Shown here: piece by piece, positions 18,166-27,633 of the stretch
How positions within the stretch are numbered: the stretch's first letter is position 1
Layout of the letters: each line of letters opens with the position of its first letter
DNA from: an uncultured Oscillospiraceae bacterium
GTDB lineage: Bacteria > Bacillota > Clostridia > Saccharofermentanales > DTU023
Direction of reading: 5' to 3'
Assembly (NCBI GenBank): GCA_964398655.1
Contig: CAYNNG010000010.1
Location: 1-55,779, forward strand
DNA: 55,779 bases
Position numbers and translations under genes: made by a program
Notes under the pieces: generated by a model
What the model was told of the DNA's origin: nothing
Databases searched by the model: none
What the model saw: only the letters and a program-made list of their open reading frames with translations

Positions 18166-19323
18166 TTATAAACTAGTAAAGAGCCTAAACAAAAAGTTGG
18201 CGGCAATACCTGCGCCGAGACCTCCCATGGTGTGGGATAATATGGCTTTAGAAGCGAGCTCGCGGGCCTTCAAACTGTCCATCATGGCGATGTGAGTGGA
18301 CAGGTAGCCGGACCAGCACATGCAAATGGCCGTAAAGACCGCGATATCGTTAGCAGCGATGAGAGATTTGCCCAGCAATACAGGAACCAAGGCAAGAGAG
18401 GCTCCGGCAGAACCTAGGGCAGTTAAGGGCACGGAGAGAGCTTGGGGAGAAGTAAAGCCGAAGAGAGGCTGAAGGATAAAATTTAATTTTTCGCCCAGCC
18501 AGGGAATAACCGCGACGCCAGGGAACTTATCCTCGGGGCCATTCGTAAAAAGAATGACTAGGGTACAAATAATCACAACTCCCGGAATAATGGATAAGCC
18601 AATCTCTACGCCAGTTTTGCCCCCCTCCAGCAGGGCATCCATGACTCGTTGAAAAGCACTGCCAGACCGCACCTTGCGTAATTTATGCAAGCCGCTTTCT
18701 TGGAAATCAGGGTCGACCAAACTATCTTGTGCCCTCTCACCATAGAATTTCTGGGTAGCTCTTAGCATCAGACGGGTCGAGATAATGGATCCTACAAAGG
18801 CTCCGAGAAAACCCGCTAACACTGCAGAACCAATATTTTTCACCTCTAAAGCTGCCATGTAGGTAATCACAATCATCCCCATACCGAAAGAAGTACCCAG
18901 GTTACAGAGAGCAGGCAGTTGATAGCGTTTAAAGTTACTGCGGAAAGAGGCATTGGATGACAAGCTGAGGATGGCGGGATTATCAGAGAAGAAAGTGGTA
19001 ACAACGCCCAAGCCCGCGGCACCTGGTAAATGGTAGAGCGGCTGCATAAGCGGGGAGAGGATCACATTGAATAAGTCGATAATCCCAAACTCCGCTAAAA
19101 CTGCAGCCAGGCCGCCCGTGATTACACAAATAGCCATCAGGAAGAAGCAGGTATTGATCAGGAGGTCAAAGCTCAACTGCATGATTGTTTGCATGAGCGT
19201 AACTGCCCCCAGTTTATAACTTAAAAAACCGAAGATTAAAATAATAAGTCCCAGACACACATAGGTTTCGGGACTTATCTTATTCTTGTACCCTTCCGGT
19301 ACCTGTTTTCGCTCTCTACCCAT
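18166..19323 (-). CDS. polytopic membrane protein with nucleoside-recognition (Gate)-type domains
   Basis: 385 aa from the ATG at 19323 (GAGGAG 6 nt upstream), about 10 TM segments, and a Gate-like segment FNVILSPLMQPLYHLPGAAGLGVVTTFFS. The upstream part of the ORF-track ORF overlaps tRNA-Leu and is discarded. Confidence 0.55.
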   Translation of the reverse strand: MGRERKQVPEGYKNKISPETYVCLGLIILIFGFLSYKLGAVTLMQTIMQLSFDLLINTCFFLMAICVITGGLAAVLAEFGIIDLFNVILSPLMQPLYHLPGAAGLGVVTTFFSDNPAILSLSSNASFRSNFKRYQLPALCNLGTSFGMGMIVITYMAALEVKNIGSAVLAGFLGAFVGSIISTRLMLRATQKFYGERAQDSLVDPDFQESGLHKLRKVRSGSAFQRVMDALLEGGKTGVEIGLSIIPGVVIICTLVILFTNGPEDKFPGVAVIPWLGEKLNFILQPLFGFTSPQALSVPLTALGSAGASLALVPVLLGKSLIAANDIAVFTAICMCWSGYLSTHIAMMDSLKARELASKAILSHTMGGLGAGIAANFLFRLFTSL

Positions 19324-19370
19324 CAACTTCTCCTCTAGCTGCAATGGGAAAACCCGCCTTGAGCAATAAT

Positions 19371-19457
19371 TGGTGCTGGTGGTGGGACTCGAACCCACAC
19401 GCCCTTGCGGACAACAGATTTTGAGTCTATCTCGTCTGCCGGTTCCGACACACCAGC
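19371..19457 (-). tRNA. tRNA-Leu (CAA), long variable arm
   Basis: Acceptor GCUGGUG/CACCAGC, anticodon loop CUCAAAA, long extra arm, T-loop GGUUCGAGUCC, encoded CCA. Confidence 0.9.
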
Positions 19458-19530
19458 GTGTGACCAGCTCAAGCGGGCTTCTAAGCGAGAATTTTAACAA
19501 GCCCAGGAAGGACTGTCAATCCAAATTAAT

Positions 19531-19559
19531 TTGATCTTTGGGCATTTGCACAGTAGAAT
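19531..19559 (+). promoter_or_regulatory. candidate sigma-A promoter of the ornithine-degradation operon
   Basis: TTGATC-N17-TAGAAT, 75 nt upstream of the ord ATG. Confidence 0.5.
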
Positions 19560-19634
19560 GGGTGTGTTTGTCAGCTTCTTTATCTTCCTGTACAATTAAT
19601 GAATAATTTATTTAGAAAATAACAGGAGGGCAGA

Positions 19635-20999
19635 ATGCGTAACATACGTATAGTTATTTGGGGCTTTGGTGCCATGGGCTCAGGCATCGCCCGCATGATT
19701 CTTGGTAAACAAGGCCTGGAAATTACCGGAGTAATTGATACCTGGGAAGAGCTGATAGGCAAAGATATGTATGACCGCTTGGGGGTTGATCCTCAAGGCC
19801 ATGAACCGGTTTATATCAGCGACAAACCAGAAGACCTTATCTCCCAAGCACAATGTGATTTAGTTGTCTTAGCTACAGATTCTTTTACAGCTAAAGCGTT
19901 TCCTAAATTGAAATTCTGCGTAGAGCGCGGAGTGAATGTAATCACTACGGCGGAAGAGATGGCCTGGCCCTGGGCTCAGGAACCCGAACTTTCTGCAGAG
20001 CTTGATCGGCTGGCCCGTAAACATAAAGTAAGCATTTTAGGTACCGGAGTAAATCCAGGGTTTATCTTAGACCTCTTGGTCGTGTGTTTAACTGGTGCCT
20101 GCGAAAATGTGGATTCAATTGAAGCTGCCCGGATCAATGACCTTTCTCCCTTCGGTAAGGCCGTCATGGAGGAGCAGGGTGTAGGTCTGGAGGTTGAAGC
20201 ATTTAATGAGTTAAATGCCGCAGGCAAGCTGTCTGGCCATGTTGGCTTTCCCGAATCTGTGGGCATTATCACAAATGCCCTGGGCTGGGAACTGGAAAAA
20301 TTTGAGCAAACTAAAGACCCCATCGTCTCACAGGTAGAGCGTACGGCTGCTCACTTTAACGTGCAGCCTGGTAAAGTGGCGGGCGTACGTCAGCAATGTT
20401 TTGCCTATGGAAAAGATGGTAAGGAGCTTATTCATTTAGACCACCCCCAGCAGGTATATCCCGAGCTTGAAGGTACGGAAACGGGTGATTACATTACGAT
20501 CCATACGGGTTCATACGATATGAACTTGCGGATTAAGCCTGAAACTCCAGGTGGGGTTGGTACCATTGCCATGATCGTTAATATGATCCCCGCGGTCATC
20601 AACGCGGACCCGGGACTTTTGAATCTCTTAGACCTGCCCATACCACGAGCCTACTTTGGTGACTGGCGTACACAAATTACGGCCAACCAAGAAGCTCACC
20701 GCCACTATAAAGCAGGTGACTTGGTCACGATTGAGCAAGTTTCTTTACCGGCAGGCGAAAGAGCGGATAGTGTTCCCGCGGATACCGCCTGTACCCCTCT
20801 CTTGCTCTGGGTCAAAGGGGAACTGCAAAAGGATGGCTATACCGGCGAAGAAGTGGAAGTGAAGACGGAAATTGGGCGTTTGGTCACCGGACGTCTCACA
20901 AACTACTCCGTGAATTATCAGCATAACTTTGGAGAATATGTGCCGGAATTAGCAAAAGTGCGTCAGCTGGTTAAGGCTGTTTTATGGGAGGAAGTATAA
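19635..20999 (+). CDS. ord: 2,4-diaminopentanoate dehydrogenase fused to 2-amino-4-oxopentanoate thiolase alpha subunit (Ord-OrtA)
   Basis: N-terminal Rossmann motif IWGFGAMGSG and a DapB-like body of about 345 aa. The last approximately 100 aa (YKAGDLVTIEQVSLPAGERA...WVKG...HNFGEYVPEL) look like OrtA. One uninterrupted frame. Confidence 0.75.
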   Translation: MRNIRIVIWGFGAMGSGIARMILGKQGLEITGVIDTWEELIGKDMYDRLGVDPQGHEPVYISDKPEDLISQAQCDLVVLATDSFTAKAFPKLKFCVERGVNVITTAEEMAWPWAQEPELSAELDRLARKHKVSILGTGVNPGFILDLLVVCLTGACENVDSIEAARINDLSPFGKAVMEEQGVGLEVEAFNELNAAGKLSGHVGFPESVGIITNALGWELEKFEQTKDPIVSQVERTAAHFNVQPGKVAGVRQQCFAYGKDGKELIHLDHPQQVYPELEGTETGDYITIHTGSYDMNLRIKPETPGGVGTIAMIVNMIPAVINADPGLLNLLDLPIPRAYFGDWRTQITANQEAHRHYKAGDLVTIEQVSLPAGERADSVPADTACTPLLLWVKGELQKDGYTGEEVEVKTEIGRLVTGRLTNYSVNYQHNFGEYVPELAKVRQLVKAVLWEEV

Positions 21000-22415
21000 G
21001 TGAAAGATTTATCATATAAGGCTGTCATGGCTCGACAAAATGAAATTATCCGCCAGGCCGTAGGACTGGATTATGGTCAATTTGAAAGGCCTGATCACAC
21101 TTTTGACTATGAAGGCTTAATGAATTCTGTCCCTTACGATATCGAAGAAATCGTGGCAATCCTGCAGGGCATGCATGTAGGCAACACGCCCCTGGTTTAC
21201 TTGGACAACATTACCGCTTTGGCCCGTAAGGTTGCACCGGCAGGTAAAGGAGCCCAGATCTATGTCAAAGACGAAGCCGCAAATCCCTCCGGAAGCTTTA
21301 AGGCCAGGAGAGCCGCGCTTTCTGTATACGAAGCTAAACGCTTAGGCTATAAAGGTGTTATTGCCGCTACTTCGGGCAACTATGGAGCTGCTGTCGCAGC
21401 TATGGCGGCCAAACTAGGACTCAAGTGCATTGTTGTGCAGGAATGTTTTGATTCCCGCAGGGTCGGCCAGCCGGAGATCTTGGAAAAGCAGCGTAAATGT
21501 GAAGCCTTGGGGGCAGAAGTCATTCAGCTCACAGTTGGACCCGAGCTCTTCTATGAGACCTTAAAACTGTTAGAAGAAACTGGCTATTACAATGCCTCAC
21601 TTTATACGGCCACTGCGATTGCTGGCATCGAAAGCCTGGGCTATGAAATTATCCAGCAGGGGATGAAAGCTTTCGGACGCCATCCCGACTATGTAATTGC
21701 CACGAACGCGGGTGGGGGGAACCTCACCGGTACAGCTAGGGGCTTACGCTTGGACGGTGCACAGGATACGCAGATTTATGCTGCCAGTGTTGATCTGTCA
21801 GGCCTGCATATGGCCTCGGACCATGACTTTAACCGCAAATCCTTTACTACGGGCCATACAGGCTTTGGCATTCCCTTCACCGTACAACCAGACCGCAGTG
21901 ATGTCCCACGCAATGCTGCACGCCCCCTACGTTATATGGATAACTATATGACCTTAAAGCAGGGTGAAGTCTTCTTTATTACAGAAACTCTAGCAGCTTT
22001 AGAGGGAATGGAGAGAGGACCTGCCGGCAATACCTCCTTGGCTGCAGCTTTTGCCTTAGCGCAAACTTTAGATCAGGACCAGATTATCGTGGTGCAAGAA
22101 ACTGAATATACCGGAGCTGGCAAACACCCCATGCCCCAGCTGAGCTTTGCCCGTGACAATGGCATCGAAATTCGCTTGGGAGACCCTGAAGAAGAAATCC
22201 CTGGCAAGAATATTATCCTGCCAGACCATCCCAGCAAGATTAAAGCTCGCTTCTGGGATATGGCAGCCCTAAGAAAATCTGCTCTTAAGCGCCTGCTGGC
22301 CCCCATGGGAGAAAAAATTACCACAGCCCAGGCTCAATATCTACAAGAAGAGGTGAATTGTGACCAGGCCTTCCTGACTCAAGCCTTGTCGGAATTTGGT
22401 AAACAATTGGCCTAG
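21000..22415 (+). CDS. ortB: 2-amino-4-oxopentanoate thiolase beta subunit (PLP-dependent)
   Basis: 471 aa, Trp-synthase-beta-fold PLP motif NPSGSFKARRA and SGNYGAAVA. GTG start directly after the ord-ortA stop. Confidence 0.8.
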   Translation: MKDLSYKAVMARQNEIIRQAVGLDYGQFERPDHTFDYEGLMNSVPYDIEEIVAILQGMHVGNTPLVYLDNITALARKVAPAGKGAQIYVKDEAANPSGSFKARRAALSVYEAKRLGYKGVIAATSGNYGAAVAAMAAKLGLKCIVVQECFDSRRVGQPEILEKQRKCEALGAEVIQLTVGPELFYETLKLLEETGYYNASLYTATAIAGIESLGYEIIQQGMKAFGRHPDYVIATNAGGGNLTGTARGLRLDGAQDTQIYAASVDLSGLHMASDHDFNRKSFTTGHTGFGIPFTVQPDRSDVPRNAARPLRYMDNYMTLKQGEVFFITETLAALEGMERGPAGNTSLAAAFALAQTLDQDQIIVVQETEYTGAGKHPMPQLSFARDNGIEIRLGDPEEEIPGKNIILPDHPSKIKARFWDMAALRKSALKRLLAPMGEKITTAQAQYLQEEVNCDQAFLTQALSEFGKQLA

Positions 22416-22420
22416 CCTGG

Positions 22421-22455
22421 CTCCAGCTGGAGGCAGGGCCCTCCAGCTAATTTTA
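22421..22455 (+). terminator. hairpin/partial terminator between ortB and oraS
   Basis: AGCTGGAGG-cagggc-CCTCCAGCT (9-bp stem) followed by AATTTTAAT. The 5' arm is part of the self-palindrome CTCCAGCTGGAG. Confidence 0.4.
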
Positions 22456-22489
22456 ATCTGCTGCTTATTTTGCTGATAAGGAGAAACAT

Positions 22490-22852
22490 ATGGCAAGAAA
22501 AGATGACTATTTAGAACGCCGTCAGCACCTCGTCAAGCTGAGTGACGAAGAACTCTACCAGCACTTTTGGGATTTGGCCAACCAATTGGTTGCTCCGATG
22601 CTGGAAGCTGGCAAACATTACACTACCCCCTCCATTGAGCGGTCTGTTCTTTTACGCATGGGCTTTTCCAGTATTGAAGCCAAACCGATCGTGGATGGCC
22701 TGGTAGAAAGAGAACTTTTAGGTCACGGTGCTGGTAACTGCGTTTACCTCCTGTCCGAAAAGACAGGTTTATCCATCCGTGAGGCTGGCCTGGCCTTGGT
22801 AGAAGGCAAGTATTGGGACCAGGTGCCCGGCTTATTTCAAGGGGGGAAATAG
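22490..22852 (+). CDS. oraS: D-ornithine 4,5-aminomutase small subunit
   Basis: 120 aa, immediately upstream of oraE, with size and context as in the described ora genes. Confidence 0.75.
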   Translation: MARKDDYLERRQHLVKLSDEELYQHFWDLANQLVAPMLEAGKHYTTPSIERSVLLRMGFSSIEAKPIVDGLVERELLGHGAGNCVYLLSEKTGLSIREAGLALVEGKYWDQVPGLFQGGK

Positions 22853-22854
22853 AC

Positions 22855-25095
22855 ATGGCTACGACCTTTAATGAACATGCGCAGCTAGAAAATTTAGTTA
22901 AAGATGAACGCCTGGATGTGCGTAAGATTCTCAAGGGTTTAGAGGATTACCATCCTGGCAAACATCCCTGGCACTGGCGGGAAGGCCGCAATGAAAAACG
23001 TGTAATCGGGGATTTTGAATATCATGAGACTTCTGAGCCTTTGAAACAATCGGTACCCTTACCCGGCAGCCGGGGCTTTGGCTACATTGATCCGCAGCCG
23101 GACTGTGTTATCACTACGGAGATTGCCTCCGGACGTTTTGAGGACGATATCCGCCGCATGCGTATGTCTGCCTGGAATGGGGCTGATCACATCATGGTGA
23201 TTCGCACAGCTGGCCAATCCCATATTGATTCCCTCATTGAAGGCACCACGCAAGGGATCGGTGGTATTGCCGTAACCCGTAAGCAATGCCGAGCCACTCG
23301 CCGCGCCTTAGATTTTATTGAAGAAGAGGTAGGACGGCCTCTTAACTTCCACTCCTATGTCTCGGGGATTGCTGGACCGGATATTGCGGTGATGTTTGTG
23401 GAAGAGGGGATCTCGGGTGTCCATCAAGATCCCCAATATAATGTGCTTTACCGGAATATCAATGGCTTACGCAGCTTCGTAGATGCCTGCGAAAGCAAGT
23501 CCATTATTGCTTATGGAGAAATGCTGCAGATTGACGGAGCCCACAATGCTAATGCTACCGCCATGGAGGCTTGGAAAGTCTATCCAGAACTGATGGTCCA
23601 GCATGCGCTAAACTGCGCTTTTTCTGTCGGCTGCGGTATCAAGCCGGAAAATATAGCCCTTTCAACCGTTCCGCCAACCGCCCCGCCAGCCCCTTGTATG
23701 CGGCTTGATCTGCCGTATGCTGTGGCCCTGCGTGACCTCTTTCGCGACTTTAAGATGCGGGCCCAGCAAAATACAAAATTCATGGAATCCGAAGCGCGCG
23801 AAGCCACGGTTACCCATACCCTAGATATTGTAATTTCTCGGCTGACCTCTGCCGATATTCAATCTACCATCACTCCTGATGAAGGCCGCAATGTGCCCTG
23901 GCACTACAATAATATTGCTGCTATCAATACAGCCCGCCAAGCGCTGAATGGTTTAGATGGCATTAGGGAAATGGTCAAGATAGATCGCGAAGGCCCTTTA
24001 GGGTCTCAAGTGCGGGAATTCAAAGAGCGGGCCATTCTTTTCATGGAAGAAATGCTGGAGATTGGCGGCTACTTTGAGGCAGTCGAGCAAGGCTTCTTTA
24101 TTGACAACGGTCTTTATCCCGAGCGTAAGGGCGACGGCCTGGTGCGCGAGAAAGATGGAGGCATTGGCGCGGGAACTGTTGTTGAGCGCGCAGAGGACTA
24201 TTTTGCCCCAGTTTCGGTGCACTACGGCTACAATAAGGTCCCTGAAAAATTCAGCTCTCCCTCAGAAGCTATAGGTGGGGATACCTTTGAGGATCCTGAA
24301 AAAATTATCTTTATAGATGAATTAGACCCTGAAGATAACGTGGAAACCCGCCTTACAGAGAAGGCGAAGTATTATGACAATCCTAACCTGGTCCGGCCAG
24401 AAGTGGAATGGCTGGGTGATGGAGTTGTTGTGCTAACCCTCATGCTGCCCTGTGATAAAAGACGGGCGGAGTTTGCTGCTTTAGAAATTGGCAAGAGACT
24501 AGGACTTAAGGATTGCACCGTAATCCATAGCCAGGTCCTCCATCCCAGTGAAGGCACGCAAATCGAGATGAAGGGGACGGTGGACTTTGACATAGACCTG
24601 TCTCAGTTAGATATTCCGGAGGAAATTCCCGTACTAAGCGAAAAAGAGATCCGCGGCTACATCCATGCCCGGCCCATTACTGTGGTTGCTGCCACGGTGG
24701 GAGAAGACGAGCATTCCGTGGGCCTTAAAGAAATATTAGATATCAAGCATGGAGGCATAGAAGGCTTTGGCATACATTACCACTATCTGGGCACTTCGGT
24801 ACCCGTAGATAAGCTGGTGGATGCCGCAATTGAAACCAACGCGGACGCCATTTTGCAGTCGACGATTATTTCTCATGACGATGTGCATGTCAAAAATATG
24901 CGTAAGCTTCATGATATTTGCGTCGAGCGTGGCGTAAGAGACAAGCTAATTCTCATCTGCGGCGGTACCCAAGTCACGAATGAAATGGCTCTGGAGACTG
25001 GCTGTGATGCTGGATTTGGACGGGGCTCTCATGGAATTGACGTTGCCTCCTTCATAGTAAAGACTTTGCAGGCCCAAGAGGAAGCCGCAGAATAG
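22855..25095 (+). CDS. oraE: D-ornithine 4,5-aminomutase large subunit (B12- and PLP-dependent)
   Basis: About 746 aa. C-terminal cobalamin-binding DxHxxG motif (GEDEHSVGLK). The ATG at 22855 lies 2 nt after the oraS stop. Confidence 0.85.
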   Translation: MATTFNEHAQLENLVKDERLDVRKILKGLEDYHPGKHPWHWREGRNEKRVIGDFEYHETSEPLKQSVPLPGSRGFGYIDPQPDCVITTEIASGRFEDDIRRMRMSAWNGADHIMVIRTAGQSHIDSLIEGTTQGIGGIAVTRKQCRATRRALDFIEEEVGRPLNFHSYVSGIAGPDIAVMFVEEGISGVHQDPQYNVLYRNINGLRSFVDACESKSIIAYGEMLQIDGAHNANATAMEAWKVYPELMVQHALNCAFSVGCGIKPENIALSTVPPTAPPAPCMRLDLPYAVALRDLFRDFKMRAQQNTKFMESEAREATVTHTLDIVISRLTSADIQSTITPDEGRNVPWHYNNIAAINTARQALNGLDGIREMVKIDREGPLGSQVREFKERAILFMEEMLEIGGYFEAVEQGFFIDNGLYPERKGDGLVREKDGGIGAGTVVERAEDYFAPVSVHYGYNKVPEKFSSPSEAIGGDTFEDPEKIIFIDELDPEDNVETRLTEKAKYYDNPNLVRPEVEWLGDGVVVLTLMLPCDKRRAEFAALEIGKRLGLKDCTVIHSQVLHPSEGTQIEMKGTVDFDIDLSQLDIPEEIPVLSEKEIRGYIHARPITVVAATVGEDEHSVGLKEILDIKHGGIEGFGIHYHYLGTSVPVDKLVDAAIETNADAILQSTIISHDDVHVKNMRKLHDICVERGVRDKLILICGGTQVTNEMALETGCDAGFGRGSHGIDVASFIVKTLQAQEEAAE

Positions 25096-25132
25096 AGCTA
25101 AGACTCAATTTAAAACGAGAGAGAATGACTTC

Positions 25133-26566
25133 ATGACCATTGATGCTTTAGTAGCAGAAATTGGGAGTACCACTACGGTAATTAATGCTTTTGACCGTCT
25201 AGATAGCAAGGAACCCGTGTTTCTTGGTCAGGGGCAAGCTCCCACGACCGTAGAAGCCGGTGATGTATCCCAGGGCCTGCAGGAGGCCCTGGGATCTTTG
25301 CGTGAAAACCTAGGTGTTTCTGAATTGACCTGGCATAAAATGTTGGCTTCTTCGTCGGCGGCAGGTGGACTTAGGATGACTGTCCATGGCCTGGTCTACG
25401 ACATGACTGTCCGGGCTGCTAAGGAGGCCTGTTTGGGCTCGGGGGGAGTACTCAAATATGTTACCGCCGGCAAAATGCGCAAGTCAGATTTACGAAAAAT
25501 TGCTGAACTGAGACCCAATATTATTTTTGTGGCAGGTGGCACCGATTACGGAGAAAGAGATACCGCCCTCTACAACGTAGAGTTGATCATGCAAAATTTT
25601 CCGGATATCCCCCTCATCTATGCAGGTAATATAGCCAACCACGAGGATATCGCAGACTTAGGAGAGGAATATGGGGTCAAGGTATACCTTACCGAAAATG
25701 TCTATCCCTCCTTAGATAAGCTAAACATCTTACCGGCCCGCGGCCTTATTCATGAAGTTTTTCAAGAAAATATCGTCCACTCACCAGGCATGAGCCAGAT
25801 CAAAGAAATGGTTGACGGTACAATTATGCCCACGCCTGGAGCCGTGATGGAGGCGGCCATCCTTTTACAGGAATACTTGGGAGACCTCCTAGTTATGGAC
25901 ATAGGTGGCGCGACCACCGACCTGCATTCCGTGGCGGAAAATAATCCTCATAATGTTGAATATATGGTGCAGGGAGAACCCTTTGCCAAGCGCACCGTGG
26001 AAGGCGACTTGGGGGTTTTCGTCAACCGCTTCCATGTCTATGAGCACTTTCCCTATAGCGCAAAACACAGGCTAGGGGATTTAAGCCAGCGTTTGGAACA
26101 ACTGCCCAAGATTCCCCGCAGCCCTGAAGAACTAGAGTTAGCAGAGCTATTGGCTAGGAAAGCCGCAGAACTAGCCTTGGGCCGCCACGTAGGCTGCTGG
26201 ACGGAGCTTTATACCGTATCTGGCATGCAGCGCTTTATTAAAGGCAAAGATTTAAGCGCGATCAAATATGCAATTGGTACAGGTGGCGCCTTGACCCGTC
26301 TGCCCCATGGGCGGGAGATTTTGGCCCAGACCCTCGCAAAGCCCAACCCTAGGCTGCTGCTGCCTAATGAAGGTGTAGAGGTGCTATTAGACCAAGACTA
26401 TATTATGGCCTCCCTGGGAGTACTTTCTACGACCTGGCCGGAGGCTGCTTTGCGTCTGCTCCTGCACAGTTTACACTTGGGCCAGCCCGAAATGCAGAAA
26501 ATTGAAGCTAAAATAGACCAAAAACACCAAGAGGTAAAACATGAAGAATCCCAGCTTGAGAATTAA
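25133..26566 (+). CDS. MutL-like (glutamate mutase MutL family) aminomutase reactivating protein
   Basis: 477 aa with ASKHA-type ATPase-like motifs (EIGSTTTV, MDIGGATTDLHS, IGTGGAL). Sits between oraE and orr. Confidence 0.65.
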   Translation: MTIDALVAEIGSTTTVINAFDRLDSKEPVFLGQGQAPTTVEAGDVSQGLQEALGSLRENLGVSELTWHKMLASSSAAGGLRMTVHGLVYDMTVRAAKEACLGSGGVLKYVTAGKMRKSDLRKIAELRPNIIFVAGGTDYGERDTALYNVELIMQNFPDIPLIYAGNIANHEDIADLGEEYGVKVYLTENVYPSLDKLNILPARGLIHEVFQENIVHSPGMSQIKEMVDGTIMPTPGAVMEAAILLQEYLGDLLVMDIGGATTDLHSVAENNPHNVEYMVQGEPFAKRTVEGDLGVFVNRFHVYEHFPYSAKHRLGDLSQRLEQLPKIPRSPEELELAELLARKAAELALGRHVGCWTELYTVSGMQRFIKGKDLSAIKYAIGTGGALTRLPHGREILAQTLAKPNPRLLLPNEGVEVLLDQDYIMASLGVLSTTWPEAALRLLLHSLHLGQPEMQKIEAKIDQKHQEVKHEESQLEN

Positions 26567-27602
26567 CCGCGAGAAATTTTTAGCTAATGCCCAAGTACTG
26601 GGGCAGGCTTTTGCCCAACAAGGCAAGAAGGTTCATTTTGTCACAAAATGTGTTTGTGCCTATGAGCCATTGGTCAAACTTCTAGCAGAAAACGGCTTTA
26701 CGAGGCTGGCTGATGCTCGCCTGGAGAACTTCGAAATTTTAAAAAAATATGCCCAAGACAGCCTCTTGCTGCGTCTGCCCATGCTGTCTGAGGTGGACAA
26801 GGTAGTTAGCCTTTGTGATATTAGTCTGAACTCTGAGCTAATGACCATAGCAGCTCTCTCTGATGCCGCCTTGGCCCAGGGCAAAATTCATAAGGTTATC
26901 CTCATGCTAGAGTTGGGCGATAGACGGGAGGGGGCTTCCTTAGAAGAGGCCGAAGCAATCATCAAAGGCATGCAAAAACATCGTGGGGTTAAGCTAGTAG
27001 GTCTAGGAGCGAACTTTAACTGCTATGGAGGAGTTATTCCCGATGAGGGCAAAATGCAAATTATGGGAGACTTTGCCCAAAGTATAGAAGACCGCTACGG
27101 CCTGGAGCTGGAATATGTTTCAGGAGGCAATTCCGGCAGCCTTTACTTATTAAATCAAGGGAAATTACCCGGAAAAGTCAATCATCTGCGGATTGGTGAA
27201 GCCCTGCTCTTGGGGAGGGAAACTTCTTTCGGCCAGGACTTGCCGGGCATGTACCAAGATGTATTCAGCCTCCGGGCAGAAGTAATTGAAGCCAAAACAA
27301 AGCCTTCCTTGCCGGAAGGAAAAATTGGCCTTAACGCCTTGGGACAGCCGGTTTCCTTTGAAGACCGAGGCAATCTCAAGCGCGTGATATTAGCGATCGG
27401 AGCGCAAGATGTTGAACCCGCAAACCTTCAGCCGCTGGCAGAGGGCGTAGAATTTTTAGGCAACTCTTCTGACCACACCATCTATAATGTCTCAGACTAT
27501 AAGGGAGAACTTTCGGTGGGTGACACTCTCGAATTTGCTCTGGATTATGCCTGCCTGCTGCGTTTAGCCACTTCTCCTTACGTAGCCAAAGAAATGTACT
27601 AA
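26541..27602 (+). CDS. orr: ornithine racemase (alanine-racemase-fold, PLP)
   Basis: 353 aa, alanine-racemase N-terminal-type barrel with a PLP lysine context (HFVTKCVCAY). Its start overlaps the preceding gene by 26 nt. Confidence 0.7.
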   Translation: MKNPSLRINREKFLANAQVLGQAFAQQGKKVHFVTKCVCAYEPLVKLLAENGFTRLADARLENFEILKKYAQDSLLLRLPMLSEVDKVVSLCDISLNSELMTIAALSDAALAQGKIHKVILMLELGDRREGASLEEAEAIIKGMQKHRGVKLVGLGANFNCYGGVIPDEGKMQIMGDFAQSIEDRYGLELEYVSGGNSGSLYLLNQGKLPGKVNHLRIGEALLLGRETSFGQDLPGMYQDVFSLRAEVIEAKTKPSLPEGKIGLNALGQPVSFEDRGNLKRVILAIGAQDVEPANLQPLAEGVEFLGNSSDHTIYNVSDYKGELSVGDTLEFALDYACLLRLATSPYVAKEMY

Positions 27603-27633
27603 ACTAGCTTGCTACTAGTTGTGGGAGGCCAGC

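Noticed and set aside
19324-19500. N-terminal 59 residues of the 444-aa ORF 18166-19500.
   Set aside because: This part is read through tRNA-Leu(CAA). The ATG at 19323 with GAGGAG upstream is the plausible start of the membrane protein.
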